Shown here piece by piece: positions 44,504 to 54,724 of a stretch of 64,000 nucleotides of DNA (position 1 is the first letter of the stretch; the number at the start of each line of letters is the position of its first letter). This DNA comes from a virus (lineage: Duplodnaviria; Caudoviricetes). Position numbers and translations under genes: made by a program. The notes beneath the pieces were generated by a model. The model saw nothing but the letters and a program-made list of their open reading frames with translations. It made no database searches and was not told the DNA's origin. The stretch lies in IMG/VR virus record IMGVR_UViG_2540341244_000005, positions 7,399-71,398 of that record. One strand, given 5' to 3'.

Positions 44504-44794
44504 ATGCCCGACAAAACCTATGCCTACAGCGGCCCGCTCTCGGCCGTGAGCCTGCCGGCCGACGCGGACCATCCCGATGGCCGCCACGTGCAGCTCGTTC
44601 CGGGGGCCTTGGTGACCCTGCCCGAGGACAACGCCTACGTGCGCACCCTGGCGGCGCGCGGCTATCTGACGGTCCGGCCGCAGCCCCAGTCCGCGCCGGC
44701 CCAGCCGCCGGCCCCGGCCGCCGCCCCAACCACACAGGCGGCCCCGGCCGCCCCGAGCGTGGCCGCGCCGACGGCCGAAACGAAGGGGGTTTAA
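44504..44794 (+). CDS. Hypothetical protein
   Basis: YSGPLS.V.L...LPEDN.YV..L.ARGYL; GGAGG RBS. Confidence 0.65.
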   Translation: MPDKTYAYSGPLSAVSLPADADHPDGRHVQLVPGALVTLPEDNAYVRTLAARGYLTVRPQPQSAPAQPPAPAAAPTTQAAPAAPSVAAPTAETKGV

Positions 44795-44797
44795 CCC

Positions 44798-46282
44798 ATG
44801 CCCGCCACCTTCCTGCACGGCGTTGAGACCGTCGAAATCGACGACGGGGCTGTCGCCATCCGGCTGGTGAAAACCGCCGTCATCGGCCTGGTCGGCACCG
44901 CGCCCATTTTCGAGTGCGCCGAGGCCAACCAGACCGTCAACACCCCCGTGCTGATCCTCAATGACCGGTCCGCCGCCCAGTATTTCGGGACCACGCGCGA
45001 GGGGTACAGCATCCCGCAGGCGCTGAATGCCATCTTCGACCAGCAGTCCAACGGCAGCGGCTCCGGCGCGGTCATCGTGGTCAACGTCTTCGACCCGGCC
45101 GTCCACAAGACGGCCGTGCCCGAGGCCGCCCACACCTTTGACGCCGCCGGCGTCATCGCCTTGGGCAAATCCGGCCTGACCGCCGTCACGGTCAAGAGCC
45201 AGGACGGCGCGACCACCTATGTTTCCGGCACGGACTACGTCCTGGACCCCGTGGCCGGCACGATAACGCGCAAGGAGGGCGGGGCCATCGCCGCCGCAGC
45301 CACGGTCAAGATCGCCTACTCCCATGCCGACCCGTCGAAGGTCACGGCCGGCGATATCATCGGCGCGGTGGACGTGGCCGGACAACGCACCGGCATGCAG
45401 GCGTTCAAGGATTGTTTCAGCTTGTTCGGCTTCCACCCGAAACTTCTGATCGCCCCGGGTTACAGCCCGCTCACCGCCGTGACGGCCGAGCTGGCCGTGC
45501 TGGCCGAGGCCATGCGGGCCATCGCCTTCGTGGATGCGCCGGTGGCCACCACCTTCCAGCAGGCCCTGGCCGGGCGCGGGCCGCTGGGGGCCATCAACTT
45601 CAACACGTCGAGCCCCCGGGCGGTGCTCTGCTTCCCGCATTGCAAGGCCTACAACACCGTGACCGAGGCCACCGAATTGCAGCCTTATTCGCCGCGTCTG
45701 GCCGGGGCGCAGGCGGCCCGGGACATGGACAACGGCTACTGGTGGTCGCCGTCCAACCGCGAGATCCAGGGCATCGTCGGCATGGAGATCCTGCTCACCG
45801 CCGGCATCAACGACCCCAACTCCGAGGTCAACCAGCTCAACGAATCCGGCATCACCACCATCTTCAACGCCTATGCCACCGGCTACCGCACCTGGGGCAA
45901 CCGCTCGGCGGCCTGGCCCACGGTCACCGGCCCGAAAAACTTCATCAACATCCGGCGCGTGGCCGATGTCATCGCCGAATCCATCGAATACAGCATGCTG
46001 CAATTCCTGGATCGGCCCATCAACAACGCCTGGATCGACGCGGTGACGGAAAGCGTTTGCTCGTTTTTGCGCACACTCATGGCGCGCGGGGCCATCCTGG
46101 ACGGCAAGTGCTGGTACGACAAATCGCTCAACGAGGCCACCGAGCTGGCCAACGGGCACATCACCTTCAGCTACGACTTCATGCCGCCGCCCCCGGCCGA
46201 ACGCATCACCTTCGAGTCCCGGGTCAACATCAATTACCTCAAAGCCCTCAACGCCACGGCCAACACCGTCAGCGCGTCGTAA
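44798..46282 (+). CDS. Tail sheath protein (P2 FI-like)
   Basis: FLHGVET...TAVIGLVGTAP...GYWWSPSN...WGNRS...PPAERITF. Confidence 0.95.
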   Translation: MPATFLHGVETVEIDDGAVAIRLVKTAVIGLVGTAPIFECAEANQTVNTPVLILNDRSAAQYFGTTREGYSIPQALNAIFDQQSNGSGSGAVIVVNVFDPAVHKTAVPEAAHTFDAAGVIALGKSGLTAVTVKSQDGATTYVSGTDYVLDPVAGTITRKEGGAIAAAATVKIAYSHADPSKVTAGDIIGAVDVAGQRTGMQAFKDCFSLFGFHPKLLIAPGYSPLTAVTAELAVLAEAMRAIAFVDAPVATTFQQALAGRGPLGAINFNTSSPRAVLCFPHCKAYNTVTEATELQPYSPRLAGAQAARDMDNGYWWSPSNREIQGIVGMEILLTAGINDPNSEVNQLNESGITTIFNAYATGYRTWGNRSAAWPTVTGPKNFINIRRVADVIAESIEYSMLQFLDRPINNAWIDAVTESVCSFLRTLMARGAILDGKCWYDKSLNEATELANGHITFSYDFMPPPPAERITFESRVNINYLKALNATANTVSAS

Positions 46283-46294
46283 GGAGGGGCAACC

Positions 46295-46819
46295 ATGGGC
46301 AGCCTGATCCAGGTCAATCGCCTGACCAACTGCAACGTCTACCTCAATGGCGCGTCCATGCTCGGCCGCTGCGAGGAGGCCAAGGTGCCGGGCATCAAGC
46401 ACGTCATGGCCGAGCATAAGGCGCTGGGCATGGTGGCCAAGACGGATTTGTGGGCCGGCATCGACAAGCTGGAGGCCGACTTCAAATGGGCGAGCTTCTA
46501 CGCCGAGGTCATGGCCACCATCGCCAACCCCTTCACGTCCGTGGCGCTGCAAGTGCGCGGCTCGCTCCAGACCTGGGACGATACCGGCCTTACCGCCGAA
46601 GTCCCTCTGGTGGTGCATCTGCGCGGCCTGTTCCACGAGCACGCCTTCGGTGACTACAAGATGATCACCCCGGCCGAGTTTCCCAGCAAGTTCGCCGCCA
46701 GCTACGTCAAGTGCGTGCACAACGGCACCGAACTCTACGAACTGGACACCCTGTCCAATATTCTCAAGGTGCGCGGCGTCGATCTGCTGGCCAACTACCG
46801 CGCCAATATCGGCGCGTAA
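46295..46819 (+). CDS. Tail tube protein (P2 FII-like)
   Basis: N.NVY.NG...LG...G.DKLEA...YE.D...NI..V.GVD.L. Confidence 0.9.
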   Translation: MGSLIQVNRLTNCNVYLNGASMLGRCEEAKVPGIKHVMAEHKALGMVAKTDLWAGIDKLEADFKWASFYAEVMATIANPFTSVALQVRGSLQTWDDTGLTAEVPLVVHLRGLFHEHAFGDYKMITPAEFPSKFAASYVKCVHNGTELYELDTLSNILKVRGVDLLANYRANIGA

Positions 46820-46829
46820 GATTCGATGC

Positions 46830-46880
46830 GCCTCCGGCGGCCGGGGGGAATGATTCCCCCCGGACCCCCGCGATGGGGGG
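46830..46880. repeat. REP-like GC-rich palindrome
   Basis: GCCTCCGGCGG followed by CCGGGGGGAAT-G-ATTCCCCCCGG (46841-46863) and ACCCCC; intergenic. Confidence 0.55.
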
Positions 46881-46912
46881 ATGTGAACCAGAACCGTGCA
46901 GTGGGAGCAATC

Positions 46913-47314
46913 ATGACCGATCCGAACATTGAACAGACCCTGGAAACGGGACAGACCCCGGAATTCCAACTCGATCCGGCCCCCCAGCTTGACGCGGCCG
47001 CCCCGGCCGAAGCCATTCCGACTACGTCGGTCGGCAACACCTTCACCCTCCCGTCCGGCACGGTGGTGGCCATGAAGAAGGGCAAGGGCCGTGACCTGCT
47101 CGCCGCCCAGCGCGTTGCCGGCGAAGACCCGCATCAGGTGACCTATGCCCTGGCCGCCGTTCTGTGCGCCTTCGATGGCCAGCGCCGGGTCATGGAGGAC
47201 ATCCTGGACATGCCGCTCGGCGACGTCATGCAGCTCATGACCAAGATCAACGAGCAGGCCGGCGGCGATTTTTTGTCGTCGACGCCCGCCGCGTCCTCCA
47301 CCTCGCGGCCGTGA
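46913..47314 (+). CDS. Tail assembly chaperone (P2 gpE-like)
   Basis: TLPSG...KGRDLLAAQR...EDILDM; contains TTTTTTG slip site at 47269-47275. Confidence 0.8.
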   Translation: MTDPNIEQTLETGQTPEFQLDPAPQLDAAAPAEAIPTTSVGNTFTLPSGTVVAMKKGKGRDLLAAQRVAGEDPHQVTYALAAVLCAFDGQRRVMEDILDMPLGDVMQLMTKINEQAGGDFLSSTPAASSTSRP

Positions 47315-47418
47315 CCGGCTGGAGCCATGGCGAGCTGATGGACATGGACGCGGGCGAGCTGGCCCGCTGGTGCCGGGAAGCCGTGGAATACCACAACGAG
47401 TTGAACAAGGTTCAATAA
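47269..47418 (+). CDS. gpE' -1 frameshift extension
   Basis: P2-type T6G slip site; -1 frame LAAVTGWSHGELMDMD..EL..W. Confidence 0.75.
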   Translation, partial: FFVVDARRVLHLAAVTGWSHGELMDMDAGELARWCREAVEYHNELNKVQ

Positions 47419-47420
47419 GC

Positions 47421-47443
47421 GGGCGGGGCGAAAAGCCCCGCCC
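47421..47443. other. Stable intergenic hairpin before the TMP gene (no U-tract)
   Basis: GGGCGGGGC-GAAAA-GCCCCGCCC. Confidence 0.5.
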
Positions 47444-47461
47444 ATCCCCTGGAGCCCCCGC

Positions 47462-49783
47462 GTGAACACCCTCCTGCAAGTCGGCATCGTCTTGACCGCC
47501 ATCGACAGGATGAGCGGTGTCCTGACCGGCGCGACCGACAAGGCGGCCCAGGGTTTCGCCCGGCTCCAGCAGCGGGTGACCCGGGTCAGCCAGGCCATGA
47601 CCGAGATGGGCACCAAGGCCAGCCTCATGGGGCACGGCATCCTGGCCGGCCTGGAAACGCCCATCAAAGCCTTTGCCGATCTCGACGAGGCCTCCACCAA
47701 CCTGCGCGTGGCCATGATGGACAACTTCGGCCAGATTCCGCCGCAGTTCGCCGAGATCAACCGGCAAGCCATCGAACTGGGAAACATCCTGCCCGGCACC
47801 ACGGCCGATTTCGTCAACTCCGCCCGGGCGCTCATCGAAAACGGCACGTCGCTGGAAACCGTGATTGGCGGTGGTCTCAAGGCCGCGTCCTACCTCGGCG
47901 TCATCCTCAAACAGCCCCAGGCCGGAGCGGCCGAGATGGTGGCCAAGTTTCGCGAGGCCTTCGGACTCACGGAAAATGAGTTGGTCAAGATGGCCGACCT
48001 GACCCAACGGGCCAAGTTCGCCTTCGGACTCAACCCCGAGGAGATCAAATACGCCGCCCAGTATGCTGGCGCGACGCTCAATAACCTCAAGCTGACCGGC
48101 ATTTCCAACACGCAAATGTTCCTGGCCATGCAGGGCATCGCCCGCCAAAAGGGCATGGAAGGCAGTGTCTTCGGCACCAACTTCTCCTCCATGCTCAACA
48201 ACATCGGCATGATGGAGAGCAAGCTTCACCGCAATTCCAAGGTCATGCGTGAGGTCAACGGCGAACTGCGGCGCGCCGGAATCAGCCTCCAGTTCTTCGA
48301 TAAGGCGGGATATTTCGTTGGCCTGGAAAAGATGGTCGGCCAGCTCGAAAAGTTGAAGGTGCTTTCGGAAAAGCAGCGCCTCAACGTCATGAACAAGCTC
48401 TTCGGCATGGAAGGAGGCCGGGTGGCCTCCATGCTCACCGATGCCGGAGTGGGCGGCTTGCATGGAGCCATGGACACCATGGCCAGGCAAGCCGACCTCA
48501 TGCAGCGCATCGACGAGGTCACCAAGTCGGCCAAAAATACCTGGGAAGCCTTCACCGGTACGGTCACCAACTTTTGGGCGGCCGTGGGTGGCCCCATGGT
48601 CACCTCGCTCTATCCGCTCATCAACCGGGCCAACGAACTGGTAGGCGGCCCGCTCATGGCCTGGGTGGACCGCAACAAGGATCTGGTCAAGTGGCTGGGC
48701 CTGGCCGCCTTGGCCTCCGGCGTGCTGCTGGTTGCCCTGGGGGGCCTCGGGATTGTCGCTGGAGCGGTGGCCGGAGGGCTGGCTGCCATTGGCAGCGCCG
48801 TGGCCGTCCTTCTCGGCCCCATTGGCGTAGCGGCAGCCACCATCGCCGCCGGGGCCGCACTTGTCATCCGGCATTGGGCCTCGATCAGCGCCTTTTTCAA
48901 GGGGTTGTGGCAGGGCCTTTCGGCCGGCCTGGCTCCGCTCAAGTCCTTGGGCGGCCAGGTGGCCGGCTGGTTCGCGCCGCTCTTGGCCATTGGGCGCGCC
49001 GCCTACAACTTTTTCCTGGCTCCCTGGGTCAATGCCGTCGGCCAGCTCATCGGCTGGTTCGGCCGGCTGGTCGGGCCCATCACCCAATCCGCTGCCGCCG
49101 CCCAAGCATTCGGCTACAGGGTCGGACACGGCATCGCCGAGGCCATCAGGTTCGTCGGCGACCTGGCCAAGGCCTTTTTTGACTTGCCCGCCAAGCTCTA
49201 CGACGCCGGTGTCGGCATGATCACCCAGCTCATGGCCGGCATCAAATCCAAAGCCAGCGCCCTGTACGATGCGGTCAAGGACGTTGCATCCAAGGTCCGT
49301 TCTTTTTGGCCGTTCTCGCCGGCCAAACATGGACCGCTCCGGGATCTCCATCGTGTTAAGATCGTCGAGACCATCGCCTCGGCGGTCAATCCCGCCCCCC
49401 TGGTCAAAGCCATGGGCGCGGTCGCCGCCGCCGGCCTGCTGGCCATGTCCCCGCTCAACACGCCAGCCTTGGCCATGCCGTCAGCGCCGGGCATGGCCCT
49501 GCCGCGATTGGCCATGCCTGCCATGCCGGCCACCTCGCCGGCCAGTCTTGCCGCCATGCCCCTGCTGGCCCCCCAGCCCGCGCCGCGCCCCGTCGCGCCA
49601 CTGGCCGGCGGTCAGGTCGGGGCCAGCCCCGTCACGGTCCATTTCGCGCCGCAAATCACCATTCAGGGCCAGGCCGGCCCCAGCGCCAAATCCGACATCA
49701 TGGCCGCCCTCAAGGCCAACGAACATGAGCTGGTGCGCCTGATCCAGGATGTCATGGCCCGCAACGCCCGGAGGGAATACTGA
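47462..49783 (+). CDS. Tail tape measure protein (P2-like module)
   Basis: 773 aa; LGN.LPGTT.DF; hydrophobic middle; PFSPAK.GPL. Confidence 0.9.
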   Translation: MNTLLQVGIVLTAIDRMSGVLTGATDKAAQGFARLQQRVTRVSQAMTEMGTKASLMGHGILAGLETPIKAFADLDEASTNLRVAMMDNFGQIPPQFAEINRQAIELGNILPGTTADFVNSARALIENGTSLETVIGGGLKAASYLGVILKQPQAGAAEMVAKFREAFGLTENELVKMADLTQRAKFAFGLNPEEIKYAAQYAGATLNNLKLTGISNTQMFLAMQGIARQKGMEGSVFGTNFSSMLNNIGMMESKLHRNSKVMREVNGELRRAGISLQFFDKAGYFVGLEKMVGQLEKLKVLSEKQRLNVMNKLFGMEGGRVASMLTDAGVGGLHGAMDTMARQADLMQRIDEVTKSAKNTWEAFTGTVTNFWAAVGGPMVTSLYPLINRANELVGGPLMAWVDRNKDLVKWLGLAALASGVLLVALGGLGIVAGAVAGGLAAIGSAVAVLLGPIGVAAATIAAGAALVIRHWASISAFFKGLWQGLSAGLAPLKSLGGQVAGWFAPLLAIGRAAYNFFLAPWVNAVGQLIGWFGRLVGPITQSAAAAQAFGYRVGHGIAEAIRFVGDLAKAFFDLPAKLYDAGVGMITQLMAGIKSKASALYDAVKDVASKVRSFWPFSPAKHGPLRDLHRVKIVETIASAVNPAPLVKAMGAVAAAGLLAMSPLNTPALAMPSAPGMALPRLAMPAMPATSPASLAAMPLLAPQPAPRPVAPLAGGQVGASPVTVHFAPQITIQGQAGPSAKSDIMAALKANEHELVRLIQDVMARNARREY

Positions 49784-50226
49784 TGTGGGCCAGCCTCGGC
49801 GACATCCGCTTCGAGCTGCTCCGCGCCCCGGAGATGGCCGACCTGACCACCCGGTACAACTACGCCGAGCACCCGGTCATCGAGGGCAAGCCCAAGCTGC
49901 AATGGGTCGGGGACGCGCTCAAGGAGCGCACCTGGACGATCCGCTTGCACAGCGTCTTTTGCGATCCGGACGCGGTCATGACCGCCATCCGAGGGGTGGC
50001 CGACAAACACCAGGCGCTGCCGCTGTCGCTGGGCACCGGCGAGTACCTCGGCCGCTACGTGGTCGCCGAGATCCGCGAGCTGGCCCTTGTGACGGACGCC
50101 CTGGGGGCGACCGTGGCCCAGACGGCCGACCTGCGCCTCAAGGAGTGGGTGGGCGTGGCATCTTCGGGCACAGGCGAGGCCGTTGTCTCCAGCGGCCAGG
50201 CCCTGGCCGGGAGCGTCTGGCGATGA
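49783..50226 (+). CDS. P2 gpU-like tail protein
   Basis: LGDIRF...YAEH..IEGKP.LQ..G. Confidence 0.88.
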   Translation: MWASLGDIRFELLRAPEMADLTTRYNYAEHPVIEGKPKLQWVGDALKERTWTIRLHSVFCDPDAVMTAIRGVADKHQALPLSLGTGEYLGRYVVAEIRELALVTDALGATVAQTADLRLKEWVGVASSGTGEAVVSSGQALAGSVWR

Positions 50227-50441
50227 GCCGGCCCAATCTCGTGCACGTCACAGCCGACGGCGACCGCTGGGATCTTCTGGCCTGGCGCTATTACCGCGAT
50301 CCGCTGGTCTATGAGCGCATCACGGCCGCCAATCCGGGCGTGTCCGTCGCCCCGGTGCTTTCTGGCGGCATCCGGCTGCTCATCCCCATCATCGAGGCCC
50401 CCAACACCCTGATCGAGGATCTGCCCCCATGGAAGCGCTAG
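50223..50441 (+). CDS. Tail protein X (LysM-like)
   Basis: GDRWD.LAWRYY...I..ANP...LPPWKR. Confidence 0.9.
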   Translation: MSRPNLVHVTADGDRWDLLAWRYYRDPLVYERITAANPGVSVAPVLSGGIRLLIPIIEAPNTLIEDLPPWKR

Positions 50442-51451
50442 CCGTCCGTGCTCCCCTCTGGACCGTGGCCATTGCCGGCAAGGACGTGACCGAGGCCATC
50501 ATGTCCTACGTCAAAACCGTCACCTATACCGACCACGCCCACGGCGCATCCGATGAGGTGGAGCTGGCCCTGGAGGATTCGTCCGGCGTGTGGCGCACCA
50601 CCTGGTACCCGACCCAGGGTGACGCCATCGTGGTGGCCATGGGCTATGCCGGCGAGCAGCTCCTGCCCTGCGGCACGTTTGAGATCGAGGAGATCGAGAT
50701 CTCCGGCCCGCCGGACATCATGCACCTGCGCGCCCTGGCCAGCGGCATCAAGGAGCCCCAGCGCACCAAACGCTCGGCCGCCTACGAGGGCACGACGCTT
50801 CGCGAAATCGCCGCCACAGTGGCCAGGCGGCATGGCTTTTCCGTGGTGGGCGAGATCGCGGATGTGCGCCTTTCCCGCATCACCCAGCACCAGGAACCGG
50901 ACCTGGGTTTTCTCAAGCGCCTGGCCGGCAACTATGGCTATGTTTTCACGGTCAAGGGCCAGCAGCTGGTCTTCTCGCAATATTCCAAGCTCCGCCATGC
51001 TGCGCCGGTCCTGACCATCAACCGTGTGGGGGATGTGGAGCACTACACGCTCACGGACAAGTCGCTTCAGATCTACAAGGACTGCGAATGCTCCTACGAT
51101 GATCCCAAGACCAAGACCTGCCAGACGCACACGGCCCGGGCCGAGAACGTGGCTACCGGCGACACCTGCAAGGTGGTGCGGCGTTGTGAAAATGCCCAGC
51201 AGGCCAAGCTCCAATCCGAAGCCGAACTGGAGCGGGCCAATGACGCCAAATACGAGGGCACAATCACCCTGGAGGGCAACACGCGCCTGGTGGCCGGCAA
51301 CACCGTCGCCCTGGCCGGGTTCGGCCATTTCGACGGCACCTACCTGATCGACAACTCGCGTCACAGCATTGATGTGCCCGGCAAGGGCTATGCCACGGAG
51401 ATCTGCATCAAGCGCGGCTATGAGGACGGCGAGGGGGACGACGATGCTTAA
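50429..51451 (+). CDS. Baseplate hub, late control D family
   Basis: GKDVT...YTD..G.SD...TQ.QE.DL.FLKRLA. Confidence 0.9.
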   Translation: MEALAVRAPLWTVAIAGKDVTEAIMSYVKTVTYTDHAHGASDEVELALEDSSGVWRTTWYPTQGDAIVVAMGYAGEQLLPCGTFEIEEIEISGPPDIMHLRALASGIKEPQRTKRSAAYEGTTLREIAATVARRHGFSVVGEIADVRLSRITQHQEPDLGFLKRLAGNYGYVFTVKGQQLVFSQYSKLRHAAPVLTINRVGDVEHYTLTDKSLQIYKDCECSYDDPKTKTCQTHTARAENVATGDTCKVVRRCENAQQAKLQSEAELERANDAKYEGTITLEGNTRLVAGNTVALAGFGHFDGTYLIDNSRHSIDVPGKGYATEICIKRGYEDGEGDDDA

Positions 51452-51977
51452 ATTCGGCGTCGTGACCCAGACCGACCCGGCCACCTGCCGGGTGCGCGTG
51501 CAGTACAAGGACAACGAATCCGTCGAATCCTGGTGGCTGGCCGTGTCCCAGCGCAAGACGCTTGGCGACCGGGACTATCACATGCCGGATGTCGGCGAGC
51601 ATGTGGCCTGCCTCATCGATGCCCACAACGAGGAAGGGGTGGTGCTCGGGGCCATCTATTCCGCCGCCGATCCCGCGCCGGTCGACGACCAGGACAAGCG
51701 GCACCTGGCGTTCAAGGACGGGGCCATTTTTGAATACGACCGGCAGGCGCATCGGCTCACCGTAACCATGCCCGACGGGCAGGCCCGCATCACTGTTGGC
51801 AAGGAGGGGTACGTCGAGATCCACGGCGCAACCGTCATCATACTGCACGACGCAGCGGACATTGATTGCCGAAAAACCCTACGGTTGCGGGCGAAGGAAC
51901 GGATTGAACATTGGACGCCGGCCGTTTTGAACAGGCCTTACGAAGAGGCGACCATCCCGCCCGTGGAGGACAAATGA
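51444..51977 (+). CDS. Baseplate spike gpV
   Basis: RVRV...S.WL...PDVGE.V.CL...GVVLGAIY...F.DG....YDR. Confidence 0.9.
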   Translation: MLKFGVVTQTDPATCRVRVQYKDNESVESWWLAVSQRKTLGDRDYHMPDVGEHVACLIDAHNEEGVVLGAIYSAADPAPVDDQDKRHLAFKDGAIFEYDRQAHRLTVTMPDGQARITVGKEGYVEIHGATVIILHDAADIDCRKTLRLRAKERIEHWTPAVLNRPYEEATIPPVEDK

Positions 51978-52354
51978 CCACCGACGTCACCCAGATACGC
52001 TCCGTCGATTGGTCGCGCAAGGTCGGCGGCCTGGGCGAAATCGTCGAAGGGCTCGACGACATCGAGCAGTGCATCCGCATCCTGTTGGGCACGCCCAAGG
52101 GAGCGGTGGAGCACCGGCCCGAGTTCGGCTGCGACGCCTGGCGCTACCTGGACCACCCGACCAGCGAGGCCTTGCCCCATATCGTGCGCGAATGCACCGA
52201 CGCCCTGGCCAAGTGGGAGCCCCGGGCCAGGGTCACCAGGATCGCCGCCGCCTATGATGCCGAGCATGTCTCTTTGACCATCCACTGGACCGCCGCCCTC
52301 GGCGCGGCCGGCCGGACCACCGAGGTCGCCTATGTGCTCACTCGACCTCAATAA
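51974..52354 (+). CDS. gpW/gp25 baseplate protein
   Basis: DI.QCI..LL.TPKG...HRPEFG...WEPR. Confidence 0.92.
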   Translation: MTTDVTQIRSVDWSRKVGGLGEIVEGLDDIEQCIRILLGTPKGAVEHRPEFGCDAWRYLDHPTSEALPHIVRECTDALAKWEPRARVTRIAAAYDAEHVSLTIHWTAALGAAGRTTEVAYVLTRPQ

Positions 52355-53450
52355 GCTCGCCGAGCCCTCGTTTATCGAGCGGGACGCCTCGGCCGTCACC
52401 GCAGAAATGGTCTCCCAGGCCGAGACCATGCTCGGTCGCACGCTCTATCCGGCCCAGCCCGAGCGCGTCGAGATCGACATGGTGGCCTACCGGGAGATGC
52501 TCCTGCGCATTGGCATCCAGGCGGCCGCCAAACAGAACCTGCTGGCCTATGCCGCAGGGGCGCACCTGGAGCACCTGGCCGCCTTTTACAATGTGTTACG
52601 CCTGCCGGCGGCGGCGGCCCGGGCCACGCTCCAGTTTGCCCTCAAAACCGCCCGCCCGACGGCTGTGGCCATCCCGGCCGGCACCAGGGTCCAGTCCAAG
52701 GACGGCAAGTACGCCTTTGCCACGACGTCCCAGGCCGTCCTGGCCGCCGGGGCGCTGTCCGTCGAGATCACGGCTCTGGCCACCACGGCCGGCATCGGGG
52801 CCAACGGCTATCTGCCCGGCGAGATCGCCAACCTGGTGGACAGCCTGGACGTGGACGGGGTTGCCAACACCACCACCAGCTACGGCGGCCTGGCGGCCGA
52901 GGATGACGACCGGCTGCGCGCCCGCGCCCAGATCGCCACCGAGGCCTTCTCGACCTGCGGCCCGGCCGGAGCCTACCGATTTTGGGCGCTGTCCGCGCAC
53001 CAGGGCATCGTGGATGTGGCGGTGGTCTCGCCGGAACCCGGCGTGGTGGCCGTGCATCCGCTCATGGCCGACGGCCTGCCGACCAGCGAGGTCTTGGCCG
53101 TAGTTGCCGCCATGCTCCTGGACGATACCCGGCGGCCGCTCACCGACCTGGTCAAGACGCTGCCGCCGGTGGCCCGGGACTACGCCATCCACGTGGGCAT
53201 CGCCGTCGAGGCCGGCTATGATGCCGCCGCCGTCGTCGCTGCCGCCAAGAGCGCCTTGGCTGCCTACGTCGCCGGCCGGTCGGTCCGGCTCGGTCGGGAC
53301 ATCGTGCCGGCCCAGGTCATTTCCGCCGCCGCCGTGCCCGGCGTGCATGACGTGGCGGTCTATTCCCCGGGCCTGCTGGTCCTGGGGCCGGCCGAGTGGG
53401 CGCACTGCACGGGCGTGACCGTGGATCTGACGGGGGTGGTCGATGGCTGA
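52332..53450 (+). CDS. Baseplate J protein
   Basis: LYPAQPE...QNLL.YA...E.DD.LR.R...FS..GP.GAY...RPLTD. Confidence 0.92.
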   Translation: MCSLDLNKLAEPSFIERDASAVTAEMVSQAETMLGRTLYPAQPERVEIDMVAYREMLLRIGIQAAAKQNLLAYAAGAHLEHLAAFYNVLRLPAAAARATLQFALKTARPTAVAIPAGTRVQSKDGKYAFATTSQAVLAAGALSVEITALATTAGIGANGYLPGEIANLVDSLDVDGVANTTTSYGGLAAEDDDRLRARAQIATEAFSTCGPAGAYRFWALSAHQGIVDVAVVSPEPGVVAVHPLMADGLPTSEVLAVVAAMLLDDTRRPLTDLVKTLPPVARDYAIHVGIAVEAGYDAAAVVAAAKSALAAYVAGRSVRLGRDIVPAQVISAAAVPGVHDVAVYSPGLLVLGPAEWAHCTGVTVDLTGVVDG

Positions 53451-54723
53451 CGCGCGCCTCATTCCGCCAGGCATCAACGACGCCACCAGTCAGGCCGTGG
53501 GCGGCCTCCTGGACCGCCTCGACGTCCTGGACCTGGATACGCTCGTCATGACCCCGGTGGAGTCGCGCCTGGATGCCGTGCTGGAACATCTGGCCTGGGC
53601 CTACCATGTGGACGGCTGGGAGTACCTGACCAGTCGGGCCCAAAAGATCGACCTGATCAAGCGGTTCTACGAATTTCACCGCTACAAGGGGACCAAGCAC
53701 GGCCTGGCCCTGTACTTGCGGACCTTCCTGGGGCGCGACTTGCTCGCCGCCTCACCGCCGACCAAATCCTACTGCGGCGCGTCCCTGACCGACGCCGAGC
53801 GGGCGGCCTGGTCGGCCGACATGCCCGAGCTGCGCGTCTATCCCTTCCGCCACGGCGGCACCCGCCAGGGGATGGTCGTCGGGGACTGCCTCGGGACGTC
53901 CTTCCCCAACACCTCCGACGCCATCCTGCGCATCGGCGACCAGGTCGTGCTCTACGATCCGGTGGACGGCAGCCAGACCAAACTCGACGCCCTGGTCACC
54001 TCGCGCGACACCGTCACCCGGTTGGCCGTACAGCGGGTACCGGTGCGCCTGCCGGGCCAGGCCGGTCTGGCCTTGTTCGCTGGCCGGAGTCTGGGGAGTG
54101 TCTACGCCTGCGACACCGGGGCCGCCTCCCGCTATTTCGTTCTCGACCTGGAGGTCGGCTACACGGACGAGGTTTCCCGGCGCATTCCCTTGTCCGTGCG
54201 ACCTTCCCTCACACCCGTCCGCGTCGGTTCCGAGGTCATAGCGAGCCCGGGTCAGGCCGGACGCGCCATCTTCCTCGGGCACCGGTGGCCCGATGGCTGG
54301 CCCGAGCGCGCCGTCTGCTTCCTCACTGGCCGCTTCCCGGCCAAGTCCACGGCTGGCGATCGGCTCTACCGCCGGACCCGCCTGTATGATGCATCGCGTG
54401 CTCGGTTCGACCGACGGGCATCATCTTTATTCCTCGGTTGCTTTCGCCTGGGGGCACTCCGACCGCACCATGCGGAGGTCGCCGTGGACATGATCCGAAC
54501 CGCGCCGCGTCGCGCCCTGTTCTGTGGCGGCTTTCCGGGGACCTTTACGTGCAACCTCCAGGCTGGGGCCTGGATCGACACCATGCGCCGCGTTGGCCGC
54601 ATGGCCGTGCGGCTGTCCGACAAGATTGCCGTGTCAATCACCAACCGCCGCCCGGTTCGGGCGAGCGCCGGAGTGCTCTGCGGGACCGTGGTCGCAGGTG
54701 CATACCAATTAGAGGTCTACTGA
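53443..54723 (+). CDS. P2 gpI-like tail protein with C-terminal extension
   Basis: L.HLAW.YHVDGWE...HRYKGT. Confidence 0.8.
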   Translation: MADARLIPPGINDATSQAVGGLLDRLDVLDLDTLVMTPVESRLDAVLEHLAWAYHVDGWEYLTSRAQKIDLIKRFYEFHRYKGTKHGLALYLRTFLGRDLLAASPPTKSYCGASLTDAERAAWSADMPELRVYPFRHGGTRQGMVVGDCLGTSFPNTSDAILRIGDQVVLYDPVDGSQTKLDALVTSRDTVTRLAVQRVPVRLPGQAGLALFAGRSLGSVYACDTGAASRYFVLDLEVGYTDEVSRRIPLSVRPSLTPVRVGSEVIASPGQAGRAIFLGHRWPDGWPERAVCFLTGRFPAKSTAGDRLYRRTRLYDASRARFDRRASSLFLGCFRLGALRPHHAEVAVDMIRTAPRRALFCGGFPGTFTCNLQAGAWIDTMRRVGRMAVRLSDKIAVSITNRRPVRASAGVLCGTVVAGAYQLEVY

Positions 54724-54724
54724 T

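Noticed and set aside
44360-49351. 1663-aa minus-strand ORF and other long antisense ORFs (14360-16621, 23408-25618, 28651-31215, 41861-44086)
   Set aside because: Shadow ORFs typical of high-GC DNA, opposite well-supported structural genes, with no recognisable motifs
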